Under the pieces are notes generated by a model. It did not search any database and had not been told where the DNA came from. It saw only the letters and a list, made by a program, of their open reading frames with translations. The position numbers and the translations under genes are program-made. Below, in pieces: positions 22,145 to 35,813 of a stretch of 64,000 nt of DNA. Positions within the stretch are counted from its first letter, which is position 1; each line of letters opens with the position of its first letter. This DNA is from Paraphysomonas bandaiensis (Eukaryota > Protista > Chrysophyceae): NCBI GenBank assembly GCA_965644295.1, contig CBFFRP010000114.1, forward strand, positions 1 through 64,000. The letters run 5' to 3'.

Positions 22145-25100
22145 CTACCTCCTAAGGGTTCTACGCATGGAGAAAAAGAAATACAGTCCGAAAGACGCCA
22201 GCATGGCTACACCAGCATACGTGTAGTAATTGGACAGAGAACTAGGGGACGAAGTCGAATCATCAGAAACTGGAGTCGAATGTGAAGACGTCTTAGAAGT
22301 CGATTTCTTCGTTAAAGTAGATGATTCCGGTGACGTCGGTATTTCATTTGCAGGTGTTGCCTCGGACACGCGCGAAGTATATGTCTCTGATTCGAATTCA
22401 TTTCTTGGTTCTATTTCACATGTGTCTTTTTTCTTATCATTTGGCGACCGAACTTCAGTAGGCTGAAGAGGCAAGATAGTAGTTTGGTGTCTGTGGATGT
22501 GCATGTAAGGTTTATTCTCGTGTACCAACACTGGGGCAGAGATATGTACATCAACAGGACTCCAGCGGGCCGCCAGATCACACAACTTCAGGAGCAAATG
22601 CTCTGACGGCTGTCGACGAAATCTGAAATATATACCGTAAAATAAGTGCGGTACAGAAACACAATCAAACAGTGTACTATAGAATATATTTTTTGCACTT
22701 AAAGCGACTCAATACATCATATCGTGTTCGCTATCGTGTAATATATGAGGAACACAATACATCGATAGGTATACACCAGTTGTTGGTGCACAGCTATAGC
22801 ACACATCGCTATCTCGTGAAATAAATATCAATACCAGCACGTATATCGAGTGTTGTATGTATCCATGAAATACGCAAGGCAAAGACGTCACCTTATGAAG
22901 GTCGAGTGTACTATATTTGGAATATGAAGCAAACGGGTCATTTCGTAGGGAGAGAGGCCATTGGCTATCTCGTATTCTCTAAATATTTCGTCTTCTGCAG
23001 CTAATCTTACTGCTTTCCGAAGACCCTCCATGACTCCATCTTCAAGAGTCACTTCAAATATAACCGCACTCGTACATACATCAATAGAAGATATCCTGCC
23101 AGTAAATCCATTGATATACCTCGAAGGGTCGCAGTCCGAAAGGATACTCAACTGCTTTTCGATAGCTGTGTAACAAATAAGACTCGTATATCTACATGTA
23201 TTCAACGTGCTACCTTTTCTCCATATATTCATCACCTCTAATTTTTTCCCATGATCAATTGTAGAAAAGTAAGACTCAAATTCTTTGAAAGAAGAGAGCG
23301 TTGCTACAGTGCAGTGCAACTCAGATGGGGCATATACGTAGAGGCTTTTATCATTAGGGTGAACGGACTCTTCTAAAGAAAGGACAGAGAGGCGAAGAGC
23401 ATTGTAGATAGAGGTGATAGAGGGGCATGTACAAGCCCATGACCATCCACAAGGACTGTGTATACAGCACATTATGATACATTCGTAATATCTGCGTGTA
23501 TATTGCAACACACTATCATGAGACTAAAACATACTATAGTGCATCGTACTATTCCAACGTGGTGTCATATTCTAGAGTAGGAAGTGTACGCATATTCTAC
23601 TTACATCACAAGACCATGGACAGACATGTCTTTCTCCAACGCAAGTGTCTCTGCGTATACGTCCATCACCTCTTCATCCCCATTTCCCTCAAACTTGACG
23701 TCATTAAAAGCATCTTTGCTCACTTGAGACCACCTCGGAGACGGGGCCGCCGTGTTATAGAGTAATTCTGCAGAGACTTCAACTTTACCTTTTGCTTCAA
23801 CTTCAAGAGACACCATGGACTCTACGTCAGCACCACTAGGCCCCTCGTTAACGGTATTCACGGAAGGATCAGCAGCAGTTGGTTCCTCGTTACTGGCACA
23901 CACAGACCTAACACCATTCATAGATGCAGCAGCAGGATCCTCCTTATCGACGTTCACAGATGCATCAGCTGCAACAGGATCCTCCTTATCAACGTTCACA
24001 GATGTATCAGCTGCAACAGGCTCCTCCTTATCAACGTTCACAGATACATCAGCTGCAACAAGCTCCTCGCTACTGGTATTCATAGATACATCAGCAGCTG
24101 CTGCAGGCTCCTCCTTATCGACGTTCACAGATGCATCAGCTGCAACAGGATCCTCCTTATCAACGTTCACAGATGCATCAGCTGCAACAGGATCCTCCCT
24201 ATCGACGTTCACAGATGCATCAGCTGCAACAGGATCCTCCTTATCAACGTTCACAGATACATCAGCTGCAACAAGCTCCTCGCTACTGGTATTCATAGAT
24301 ACATCAGCAGCTGCTGCAGGCTCCTCCCTATCGACGTTCACAGATGCATCAGCTGCAACAGGATCCTCCTTATCAACGTTCACAGATACATCAGCTGCAA
24401 CAAGCTCCTCGCTACTGGTATTCATAGATACATCAGCAGCTGCTGCAGGCTCCTCCCTATCGACGTTCACAGATGTATCAGCTGCTGCTGCAGGCTCCTC
24501 CTTATCAACGTTCACAGATGCATCAGCTGCAACAAGCTCCTCGCTACTGGTATTCATAGATACATCAGTAGCTGCAGCAGGCTCCTCCTTATCGACGTTC
24601 ACAGATGCAGCAACTGCAACAGGATCCTCCTTATCGACGTTCACAGATGCAGTAGCTGCAACAGGCTCCTCCTTATCGACGTTCACAGATGCAGTAGCTG
24701 CAACAGGCTCCTCCTTATCGACGTTCACAGATGCAGCAACTGCAGCAGGCTCCTCCTTATCGACGTTCACAGATGCAGTAGCTGCAACAGGCTCCTCCTT
24801 ATCGACGTTCACAGATGCAGTAGCTGCAACAGGCTCCTCCTTATCGACGTTCACAGATGCAGCAACTGCAGCAGGCTCCTCCTTATCAACGTTCACAGAT
24901 GCATCAGCTGCAACAAGCTCCTCGCTACTGGTATTCATAGATACATCAGTAGCTGCAGCAGGCTCCTCCTTATCGACGTTCACAGATGCAGCAACTGCAG
25001 CAGGCTCCTCCTTATCGACGTTCACAGATGCAGTAGCTGCAACAGGCTCCTCCTTATCGACGTTCACAGATGCAGTAGCTGCAACAGGCTCCTCCTTATC

Positions 25101-25469
25101 GACGTTCACAGATGCAGCAACTGCAGCAGGCTCCTCCCTATCGACGTTCACAGATGCAGTAGCTGCAACAGGCTCCTCCTTATCAACATAAAGGGATTCT
25201 CTCTTCTCTCCATCAATCTCCTGATCCATAGAAACACTCAGTGAAGTCTTCTCGTCCCGTCTATTCAGTGTCTCTCCATCTTTCATATCAAACTTTTCAG
25301 TTTTCAGTTTTTTTCTTGATTGTGGGACAAGATCATGATGTGAATTCTTTCCATGTCTTTGATATCCACCATCATGACTGTATGATTTCTTTTTACGTCT
25401 TTGACGACGTTTAGCTGATGAGGTTTGATGTGTTGTTGATATATTACTATTCGATGATGTAATATTCAT
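22145..25469 (-). CDS. ~952-aa protein: basic NLS-like N-terminus, acidic 14/15-aa repeats, 2H-phosphoesterase domain, C-terminal TM anchor. Exons: 25469-23605, 23455-23214, 23165-22892, 22622-22145
   Basis: GT-AG junctions preserve frame (total 2859 nt); two HxT motifs, LHCTVATL and VHSTFIRF; tail YAGVAMLASFGLYFFFSMRRTLRR*. Confidence 0.7.
23915..25190 (-). repeat. Coding minisatellite, 42/45-bp units (SVNVDKEEPVAATA / SMNTSSEELVAAD)
   Basis: About 30 tandem units within exon 1. Confidence 0.95.
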
Positions 25470-27009
25470 TTTTACACACAATTTTTATAAAAATTATTTC
25501 AATTAATATGAAAATGTATGTATATTATAGTAGGAAAATATTTTTTTTGTCTTTTGTAATTCTTTCTTTTTGTTATGAATGTAAGTAGAAGGTAAGATCT
25601 TTGAGGGACACTATATGAAGTTAAGTATAAAGTTCAAGTATAGTATGAAATATGATTGAAGTTCAAGTTGTAAAGGATAGTATAGATATGTAGCCTACTG
25701 TAATAGTAGTAGCAAGTAATTATATATAGTGAGTGTAGAGTGCATTAAGAGTCAGTCATATGCAATTCTTGTATGCTTTATTGCAATATGGTCGACCATA
25801 CACCATACTATGTATATATACACTCCTCTCTGAACCTTCCGAATTCTCATACAGCAGTAGGAGTATATACAGCAGAATAGGATACTGTATTGTGGTGCAT
25901 TCTGCTCCAGGAATTCCTACTTCTAGATTTCAAGGGGAAAAGTGCCTTTTCAAATCTAAAACCCATAATTTTTTATTGTGGAAGATATTTTAGAAAGGCA
26001 GGATTTTGGGAAAAGTATAGTCAATACATGTATTACATAATACAGTGTATGATGGGTGTATTTCATAATACAGTGGTGTGTATTCTAGCTGTTGGTATGG
26101 TTTGATGCGTACTGTATATGACACTATGAGAACACACGCATGACATCAATGGAAGGTCCAGAGCATCAGTAAAACATGATCTCAGCTCTTCCGTAGACGC
26201 ATTTCGACGGAGTTGTGTGTATGGATCATAAACAAGGCGAGTTGTTCCTCCCTATGATCTCAGAGACAACAATACAAGATCTATAGAGAGGTACACACAG
26301 AAGGGCTAAGAGCGCCTCATTGCCCTCCTTTATGAGTGTGGTACGACACATAGGATGGCGGAATAAGGTGAATACAGAGCTTAAGCCACTAGAGCTACCA
26401 GTATGGCTATATATATATATGGGTTAGGGAATATATGCATTATATGTATGTATATGTATGTATGTGTTCCATTCAATATCTCACAGGATTAACGTCAGTC
26501 TGTATGTACAGGACGATGAATACGACTGAGGGTGCCATATTTATAGATTACAAGTATGATATTTCAGCTGTGGATATACTGTGGAGAGGAATATATCGAA
26601 GAAGTCACCCCACTCGAAGTCATCCACAGAAGACATGCAATGTATGAACCATTGAATTGTATGATGATCATATATAGCTTCTTTGGTGTGATTAGTCCTA
26701 TATGTTAAGCCTTATAGAATGTATATCACCACTTAAATAATGTATGTATAATATATATGTATATATGTATGTATGTATGTATGCATGTAAGTATTTTGCA
26801 TCACTAACTTATAGGCTGTGATACAGATAATATCATCACGACTCACAACTGGGGAGTACTCACAGACTTCCCGCTCCATGAACTACGAAAAGATGTGCGT
26901 ATTAGTTGTGGCATGATGTATGTATTATAATATAGTAATGTATGATACTATGTATCTATGTATTACATACTATACCATTTATATGTGATAAATATGGTAT
27001 AATATATTG

Positions 27010-27477
27010 CAGGGATAGGGAACAATATATTGTATTGCAATATATTGTAAAATATATTGATTGGTGGACTGGTCAAATATTCCATCAATAGTGTTTCTGT
27101 TAAAATAGCTCACAATACTATTGCAATATATTGCAATCAATATTATGATAGTCATATAAGAGAAGATTCTTAACTGTGGGGTGCATATTTCAATCAATAT
27201 TGAATGAATATGGTGATGATGATGTCACCGATGATGGCTCAGAGGATGAGTATGAGGAAACTTTTAATTAGTTAAGAGTAGTGGGTTTGATTATCAAGTG
27301 ACCTTAGACCTTATAATGGCAAGTACTAAAAATGAAAACTACGGATGTGTTTACTTACTGATTAGTCATACTAATATATTGCAATATATTGAAATAGTAT
27401 TGTAGGGCCGGTTTAAAAAATCTATTGATGGAACACTACCTAACAACAGTATTGCAATATATTGTTCCCTATCCCTG
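27010..27477. mobile_element. hAT-like MITE flanked by a 54-bp direct repeat
   Basis: 23-bp TIR CAGGGATAGGGAACAATATATTG; subterminal CAATATATTG motifs; flanks 26956-27009 and 27478-27531 are identical. Confidence 0.85.
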
Positions 27478-28024
27478 CTATGTATTACATACTATACCAT
27501 TTATATGTGATAAATATGGTATAATATATTGCCAGCAAGAAGACACTGGGTGATATGTAATTGATGTAGGATGACGAAATATCCCAGACTTTTTCTTGGC
27601 AACAAGCTTCGGAAATGCTGGGAGTGGAAGTGTAATTCGCGTGTTTAGTTGTGTGTGGTGGGAAATCTCTATTACTCCATGTGTAATACAGTTATTAGTT
27701 ACGTGTAAATATATTTGTTTTTTTATATGATGTATGCTTCGCTCCATATAGTAATAATTTACTTTGAAATTAGAGATCTTAGTCTATCAATATTTGGTTT
27801 TAACCACACTCAAAAACCACACTCACCATCACAGCACAAGAACACAAAAAACACTGTTGTTATGTACGGAAAAAACGTAACAGTCAATTCAGACTCGACT
27901 CAAATGAAGTATGTGAATTCATATGACAGCAGCGGACAACACTCCCAGCTCCCAGTGACCCAATCACAGGGCAAAATGGTGTGCAGGTAACTTCATTATA
28001 TCCGACTCATTCTTATACTTAAAG

Positions 28025-28651
28025 ATGTCTCCAAAGCAGAGCAGATCCAATACAAAAGAGCGCACAGAGAAGGCTGCACGGCAAGCCAAAATAGGGGCTG
28101 AGTCGAAGAAGGTTACAAAACAGTGGAAGCGGATTGGTTTGAGACATAAATCGTTTCATTTGCCAGGTTCAGACCTTCTCAGTCAATACCCAACGTTAAA
28201 GCTGCGAAGGCTAACGCTCCTGAGCATATTTCTTTAGTTTGTTACACCTGTACTTGTCACGATAATAGCCCGAGATATAGATCCTGAGCACCTCGTTTTC
28301 AACAAAGGAAACTCTGTGCTGTTCACTGTGAGTAAGATATAACAAGATGTGTGCTATTTGGATTCGTATTTATAGCGAACAATTCGTGTTTACCGGTGTC
28401 TAGAAGAAGGTCCTTCCACTGTGTTCAGATCTGGAATAATACCGAAAAGAGTTCAGAAGAAATTATCCTACGATTTCGTCGTTAGGCATACTATTTGCCG
28501 AAACATCACTGCCAACTTTACGTTTGACAAGCTCTACTCTGAAGATGTCTCCTTGAAGTTTAAGAGTATTCTTAGAGGGATTATTAATCCGAAGCAGTTT
28601 CTTGCGTTGACACGACTGGTGCAGCACGGAGTAGATATGTGGGGAAAATAG
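28025..28651 (+). pseudogene. Possible fragmented gene of unknown function
   Basis: Short protein-like ORFs separated by plausible introns; no family recognised. Confidence 0.25.
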
Positions 28652-29107
28652 GATGGGTATAGAAGAAAAGAAAGAAGTAAATAGTTGTGCACACTCATAG
28701 GAAAGATGGGAAGCAACACACAGTATTAAGTAATGCGTACACGAGGCGGACAACCAAGGCCTCGACATCATATATGTATTCCTGTGCGTGATGACTAGCT
28801 ATTACAAGCTGTTTTACGCCTATGACAAATACACAAGCAAATCAAACAGAGGGTATGACCACACAGGGATGGTGGTAATGGGCGTTTGGGTGAGGCGGGA
28901 AAGCACAATTCGTTTATGTTTGGTTGTATAATAGAGAACACTGTCAACGCATATCGTCATATAATGAATGTCGATTCCGAAGATTTTGAGTACTTTGGTT
29001 ATTGTCAAACTCTAGCAAACGATTTGTATGTGTATGCAAGCACACTCTCTGATAGTACTATTTAGTAGAGTAATACAATGAATTTAATTGATTTGGACGT
29101 AAATATA

Positions 29108-29989
29108 TTACTTCTTATAAGTGTGGTTACTGACTGTGGAATGAGTGTGGTTAAGACCAATACTTTTACAAGTCGCTACTGCCATTCTAAACGAATTCAT
29201 GGCGAGTAGTTTAGAATCTGTGATTATGGTAGAAATCACTCGATCAATTGGAAAAAGTTTAAATAAAGTATGAAGTGAATTGATTCCCGAATTGATGCAA
29301 AATTTTGTGATGATACATATCGATCGGGTCAGGATAAATGGCGACAAGGTGATGTCCAAAGCGGAAAATAGTATGGTCAAAGCAGCCTCGATCGTATCGC
29401 CGGAGGACCTGGTAACGTTTGCACGACCTGCTGACAACACCGCTGAAGAAACGGCGAACGGGGTACCGGCAACGGGAATAATGGCTAACCACTGAAAGAC
29501 ATTGCTCAAATTGTGCGTGTTGCAATTCTTGCAAATGGGAATTATAGTACAATTTTCGTGATTGCATGCGCAGGTCCATTTGTGTCTGTTGAGTTTATTT
29601 CGCGCTGTTATTATTTCATTGATATCGACGGCATTGCTCTCTACAGAGCAGCTGCAATAGACTCCGCGTTTGAGGTAGTTCATCTCTACCACTCTGTCGT
29701 CACCACCATCCTCCGCAGTGATGACATCAATCATGAGCTCGATGTCATACCATGATCCGTAACAAATATTCGTGTGGAATAAGATTGCCGTCAGTGCTGG
29801 CTCGTCACATATCTCCAAAACTAGGCCTTGGCCTGGGGTGTAAATACGAGATTCCTTGAGCACGGCGTAAGTCACCTTGCCACCAACAGGAGTCTCAGCG
29901 GGAACGTCTCTGGCAGAATAGAGGTTCATCGGGGTGCCATCAACCTCAATAGATTGATTGGCGCAAATTAGAGTAATTACGGCGCCCAT
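29108..29989 (-). CDS. 293-aa intronless protein with RanBP2-like zinc finger and hydrophobic C-terminal helices
   Basis: W-T-C-A-C-x3-N-x6-C-K-N-C; elevated GC; MGxxxT start. Confidence 0.65.
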   Translation of the reverse strand: MGAVITLICANQSIEVDGTPMNLYSARDVPAETPVGGKVTYAVLKESRIYTPGQGLVLEICDEPALTAILFHTNICYGSWYDIELMIDVITAEDGGDDRVVEMNYLKRGVYCSCSVESNAVDINEIITARNKLNRHKWTCACNHENCTIIPICKNCNTHNLSNVFQWLAIIPVAGTPFAVSSAVLSAGRANVTRSSGDTIEAALTILFSALDITLSPFILTRSICIITKFCINSGINSLHTLFKLFPIDRVISTIITDSKLLAMNSFRMAVATCKSIGLNHTHSTVSNHTYKK

Positions 29990-30620
29990 ATCGCATCGCT
30001 TAGTCCAGTGCTTAAGCTTTGAGTGTGTGAAGATGAAGAAAAATGAAGCAAGAACAGAATCCTAAAAATGGACGAATCTGGAATCTGTATACACGCCGGC
30101 ATCCCACTGTATACGTAGCATACGTACCACTACCATACATAACCTACGAGAGTATACATGCATAGATATTTCCCAAAATCCTGAAATCATTCAATGGTTG
30201 TTTTTATAGAGGAATCTCTTAATATTTTTGTCTAATATTATCTGATTTCAGGATTTTATGCACACATACAGTCGCATACGGGGGCTAAACGACAGTACAT
30301 CCGTTAAGTGTAGCCGTTAAGTATATTAATTAAGGTTGCCTGTACAGCAGTATGTACAGTGTGTATGTATACCGGTATACATACCGTACATATACTCATT
30401 CCAGCATACACTATACGGTCCATATACCTCATATACACACCCCTGTATGCTCTGCACATACACACATCTAGACATACACATACACACATCTAGACATACA
30501 CATACACATACATACAGTGTATATATACACGCAGTTGCATGCATGCATCATCATATATATACAACCATATCATTCACCCTCCACTCCACTTGCAATTACC
30601 TTAATAAACTATCTCTTATC

Positions 30621-31612
30621 ATGGGAAAATCAAAGAAACAATCAACAGCGGATGATTTAGAGCCTATTCTAAAGCAGATGCAAGATGAAACGGCCACTAG
30701 CTCCCCTTCTCAATGTATGCATCTACACACACATACATCATTGCTGGTTTATCTGTTGCTGTGTAGCAGATATGACATATATATATATTATATTTAGCAC
30801 TCACTGTATTCATATCAGGGCTATCGTTTGCACTAGTGTCTGTTCTCAGTCCACTCTCTATTGCATACCTCTACTCCTCTCCTATCCTTGCTCTCCCTGG
30901 TGCAGATGTCAGTAAGGTCCAATTGGGTGTGAGTGTACTCCTCTCTGCAGTCTTCTTAATGATTGCCTATAACGATGTGGCAACCAGAACTCGTAACAAA
31001 CTATTTAGTACAAGGTGTGCACTTGCTACATATGCTGTATGCTGATGTCGATTATATTCGCTGAATTAATTATACGCTGTATTTGTTATGGTGGTATTCG
31101 CTTGTGTATATTGCTGTATGAGGTATGTTATAGTACGTGAATTGACTGTGCTGGTTATATTGGCTCTACTACTACACATTATCAGTTATAATAGTTAATG
31201 TTGTAATGTTAGTTATGTGTTTTTGCTGATTACTTTTCTGCTGTATGAATATGCTTGCAAACAAAAATTAACTAGTTATTAACAGAGAAGTCAACACCCG
31301 TATCAAAGGAATTGTTAAGGCCGAGGCTGAAAATACGCTTAAAAGCTCAAACCAAGCAGAGTCCTCTGGCTACGCTATGTTTTCGTGCAACGCGACTTAC
31401 ATGGTAAGATATTGGCATATATGTAATACAATACAATAATGTAGATGGAAAATGAAATTACTCATGATTTTCTTTCACAGTGCTGTGGCTTGATTTTGAC
31501 CTTCTACATGCTGCCCATGTATGGTTACTCTATTACCACCAGCAGCAGTATCTCTACCATCTTGCCAGCTCTGGCGGTTTTAATGGTGGCTAGAGCCAAC
31601 GTGTTTATCTGA
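30621..31612 (+). CDS. SSR3: Translocon-associated protein subunit gamma. Exons: 30621-30714, 30819-31014, 31286-31403, 31481-31612
   Basis: Spliced product has 4 TMs, DDLEPILKQM, LMIAYNDVATRTRNKL, AESSGYAMFSCNATY, matching the TRAP-gamma layout. Confidence 0.8.
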
Positions 31613-32207
31613 GGTATTACTGAGTTAATGTCTCTAGGAGTGAAGCTGTGCTTTTATCGTTCTCAGGGATATCTTTGGTACGCAAATGATAAGTAACAAT
31701 GCGACTCATAAACATCACCCGATTTGTAGAACATAGGTAATAAATACCTACACAACTTAGTATGTTTCTTTGAAACAAGGGTAGAGTGTTAAACTGTTGC
31801 CGTTCTGAAATTGACATTACAAGGATGATCTGGTATCGCAACTGAACTCATATACAAACCCCCTCGTTTTTTAATTGCATTCACTAATTTCTGGTCACTT
31901 ATTGTCATTCGTATTAATGTTGTCGCTGCTACTAGCTAATAGTTAATGATCTTAGAAACGATGTTAAACAGCAGTCAATGTACTTCAGTTTATCTAATCT
32001 AATTCGTATCATTTCTTTAAGTTCGTATGATGTTGTCTTTAACAACACAGAATAAAGGATAGCTACTAGCGATTCACATCAGCAAGCCACAAGTACGTAG
32101 TTAGGAGTTAGAAGTAGGTTGTAGTTTATAGATTGCGATTGTTTATAAGATATTGTAAACTATTGATTGGATGTAATGGCGTTAGTCAATGTAGAAATTT
32201 GCAATAC

Positions 32208-33650
32208 TTACTGTACGGACCAATGATGTGCCAGGCAAAGAATGCTTAAAACAATTGAATGGCAGATACCATAAAACAAAACGATAATTATTACCGTGAA
32301 AAATAATTTTAAATGACCTTGAAGTCTCTGCTCTGAATGGCATCGTATTGTTAGCCAACTTACAAAGATAACACCATCATCCATACAGCATGAAAAATAT
32401 TTGATGACAGCCCAGCGATATAACCATTCACAGCAATACGTCACGATGAGCATATATTAAAGATCTGATTATTACATGAGAGAACTTATTGCATTTATCT
32501 ATCTATTACTCTAGATAAGTGGTAACATAGATTACGAAATGCTCAGTTGTCTCGGGACTGCTTGTGCATTGCTGCAAGCACCTTGGTGCAACCATCCCTA
32601 TCGATGAGCATAGAGTACAGCATGCCAGGGAAAATATTCTTTCCTGCAAACTGTAGTATGATGAATGTAAGTTGAAAAATTACAAAACAATCATGTTCAA
32701 GCTGAAAGCTGAACATATATGGATCACACACAATAGCACCATACGCATCTGAGAAAGCTGATCATGTATGCATCAAAATACCATGAAATATTTTATATAT
32801 CAGAATTTACAGTTCAAACTTTATGATAATCCATTCAATACTGCGAGCGGCAAGATATACTTCCACTTTTCACCACCATAGAGTTGTTTAGGTCACTGTA
32901 CACTCTAATATCACCTTGTTGTATAGCGCTCATGCCAAACACAATAGTCAACGCTGGCGGGGAATTCCTCGAGTGCTCTCCCGTCTGCGCTTTGACGTGA
33001 TCTTTTCGACTTTTGGCCAATATTGCTCCATACAAGTGAGTCATAGTAAGTACTCACACCTTCTGGAATATTCATATTAGTATACAATAAATTGTACATC
33101 CTCGTAGTTGGATATAGAGTGAACGATATGCATCCTCGTGAAAGTACTTGTTGGAGTACCTCTACTCGGCATCCAGATAGCTAACGCACATTCAAGTAAA
33201 AGTGAGAGCTTGTAACACAATAATGTCTCCTGGCGTACCAGCTTGGCTCATCCGCGGACCCTACTCACGATACAATTGCCCCCCACCCAATGCGCTGAAT
33301 ATTCTCAGGACCGCCATGTTAAGCGTGCATGTCGCACACCTGCAGTCTCAGATACTGCACCCTGTCATCAGATAGGTCATTCCACATAAGGTGACTATCG
33401 CCATCGCGTGTCATACTTTGAATACGAATAGTCAGACCCGTCGTCAAAAATGCTTTAGAAGCAGCAATTTCCGTTGGATTAGTCGCGGTTCTCATTCGCT
33501 CAATTTTTCGATTTGTATTAATCATCGCAACCACCGGGATGACATGCTCGGAAAGGAGTGACGAGAAGAATCTCATGGCAAGATCATACTAAACTTTTCA
33601 CAGAGGCGGTCTCTATTCAGCTCCATTTCCAGGTGGTGACTAATAGCGTA
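32208..33650 (-). pseudogene. Possible multi-exon gene or pseudogene with hydrophobic C-terminal exons
   Basis: Several protein-like minus-strand ORF pieces with splice-like ends; full model not resolved. Confidence 0.3.
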
Positions 33651-33984
33651 GTATCTTCCACCTTCCAGGAGCTCATCATATCTAGATGAAAAAATTATGT
33701 CTATATATCTATATATCGTTCAAAGTTCTCACCACATTTATAGACATGCTAGAATATTGTCTTCAGCTCATTAGCAAAGAACTCTTTACTATGTCTTTCA
33801 CTCTCAATAACAGTCAGTATAATTGTCGATTGCTAATACAAGATTACTGTATTCATTGTATCATCTAGATGAATTCATACAGCGAAGTGAAACCCTTGAG
33901 TCATTTTCTGTTACTTTGGAAAGCATTTGGGATGTAACCATACCTTACCAAAAAAGCCAGAAATCAATATCTGTTTACCCTGTG

Positions 33985-34087
33985 AAATGCTTACCAAAAT
34001 GCTTACCCTAGAGAGAGCGGGGGGGATAAAAATTGGAATGCTTACCAGGTAGTTATTTTATCTGGGTAAGCATTTTGGTAAGCATTT
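33985..34087. repeat. Small inverted repeat, MITE-like
   Basis: AAATGCTTACCAAAATGCTTACCC ... GGGTAAGCATTTTGGTAAGCATTT. Confidence 0.6.
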
Positions 34088-35813
34088 ATACACTATATAT
34101 ATGATATTAAACACATTTGCTGAAAGCATGAGTGATAGTGAGTCTAGTCACTCTAATTTAGACTTGTTGCCTGATGTGGATGCAACTTCCACACAACCCA
34201 GCAAGAAATACAAGCACCAGCACCCAGATCCTGTCGACAACACTCTCAAAGAATGCGATCCTGAGGATGAAATGGAATCGCGGGCAAGCGTTCTGTTCTC
34301 TCATCGAATCAAGTCTGCTCACAAGAAGGATATATATCTCATGATATTCAATTTCGTATGTTGCAAGACGTATGAATACCTCACACAGGAGGTTCAGAGA
34401 CTACATACAAAGGAATAGTACATAATTCTGTATAATGAATGAAGAGATGTGTATGTGAGACTATACTATAGTCAAGTCATCCCTTGAGTATATATGACTG
34501 GAAAATTCTTGGAATTTTAGTGAGTACTATTCTGAAGAAGGTAACCACAAAAGAGTGTATAAATATCAATCATTGAGTAATAAGATGAAGTTAAGTGAAG
34601 CTCCAAGAGGGTCTATATATCCATACATGCCAGTTGATTGATATCTAGTGAAGACTGTAGTTATATCTGTTCTTATCATCATCTTTATTAAATGAAATAA
34701 AGATCTTTTTCATTCTCTTATTGGGATTTTATATTAGTTTAAACTATGACTGATCTACTGAGCTCTTCATATATATACATACATACATATAGATAGATAG
34801 GTTTAAGTTGTGATCGTATTGACATCCTTTGCATATTTTTTGTTCCAAGATGCCTCTAATATTGAGGCAACAATTGTCTGTATTTCAGCCGTAGTTGTAT
34901 ATCAGTAATATAGAGGAATTTTGATTCAATTTTTTTCCGAAAAAATTAGATGCTGACTGCTGATACGATGTTATATGTGGACATACATACATACATTATA
35001 GACAGCAGTATGTCCTACAAAATGGCCTTATTCTGTAGGATAATAAAGGAAAAAACATAAAAATCAGGGATTTTCCTGTATTTCATACATTATATACAGC
35101 AGTATATCCTACAAAAATGACCTTATCCTGAAGGATAATAATGTAAGCACCTAAAAACCAGGTATTTTCCTGTATTTAGGGTTTCTCCACAGCAGTTTCT
35201 ACAACAAGCTTCGAGAAAATACGGTACACCCCACATCGTACCCCAGCAAAAAAAAGGATACCCCCACCCCAGATTTCAGATTTCTCTCAAAATCACCTCC
35301 AAAATAATGATTTTCAAGATTTTATGTATAAAAATTGCCATATTTTGTAAGGACACTTGTGGGTATACCATACATCCATACATACATCTGTACATACACA
35401 TGCCTATCATAGCCACTGAGGTTATATATATACATGTACCCACCTCTCCCTCCATACTCAGTCAGTGTTTCAAAGATCTTGATATTAGAATCATACAACA
35501 GACCATTCTAACATATCCATACCATTCAATATGAATCATTTCTATTTATAAATGATATCTTAATGTTACTTATTCTCTCATAGTTTCCTATACATCTCTA
35601 TCTATCTATGTATCTCTCTATCTATCTATCTATGTATGTATGTATGTATGTATGTATGAACAGGGAGAGTCCCATTCAAAAAGGGGTTGAATAAAGATAT
35701 ATGGATATAAATTATACAGTTAACTGATAAATTTTCTATTATTTTTCTCATATTTTGATTTGATTTCAACAAAAACAAGAACTGAATTTGAATATAGTTA
35801 CATATATATATAT

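Noticed and set aside
23815-25191. 458-aa Ser/Thr/Ala antisense ORF
   Set aside because: Shadow frame of the coding minisatellite, confined to the repeat.
34101-34418. 105-aa ORF
   Set aside because: No recognisable domain or supporting exons.
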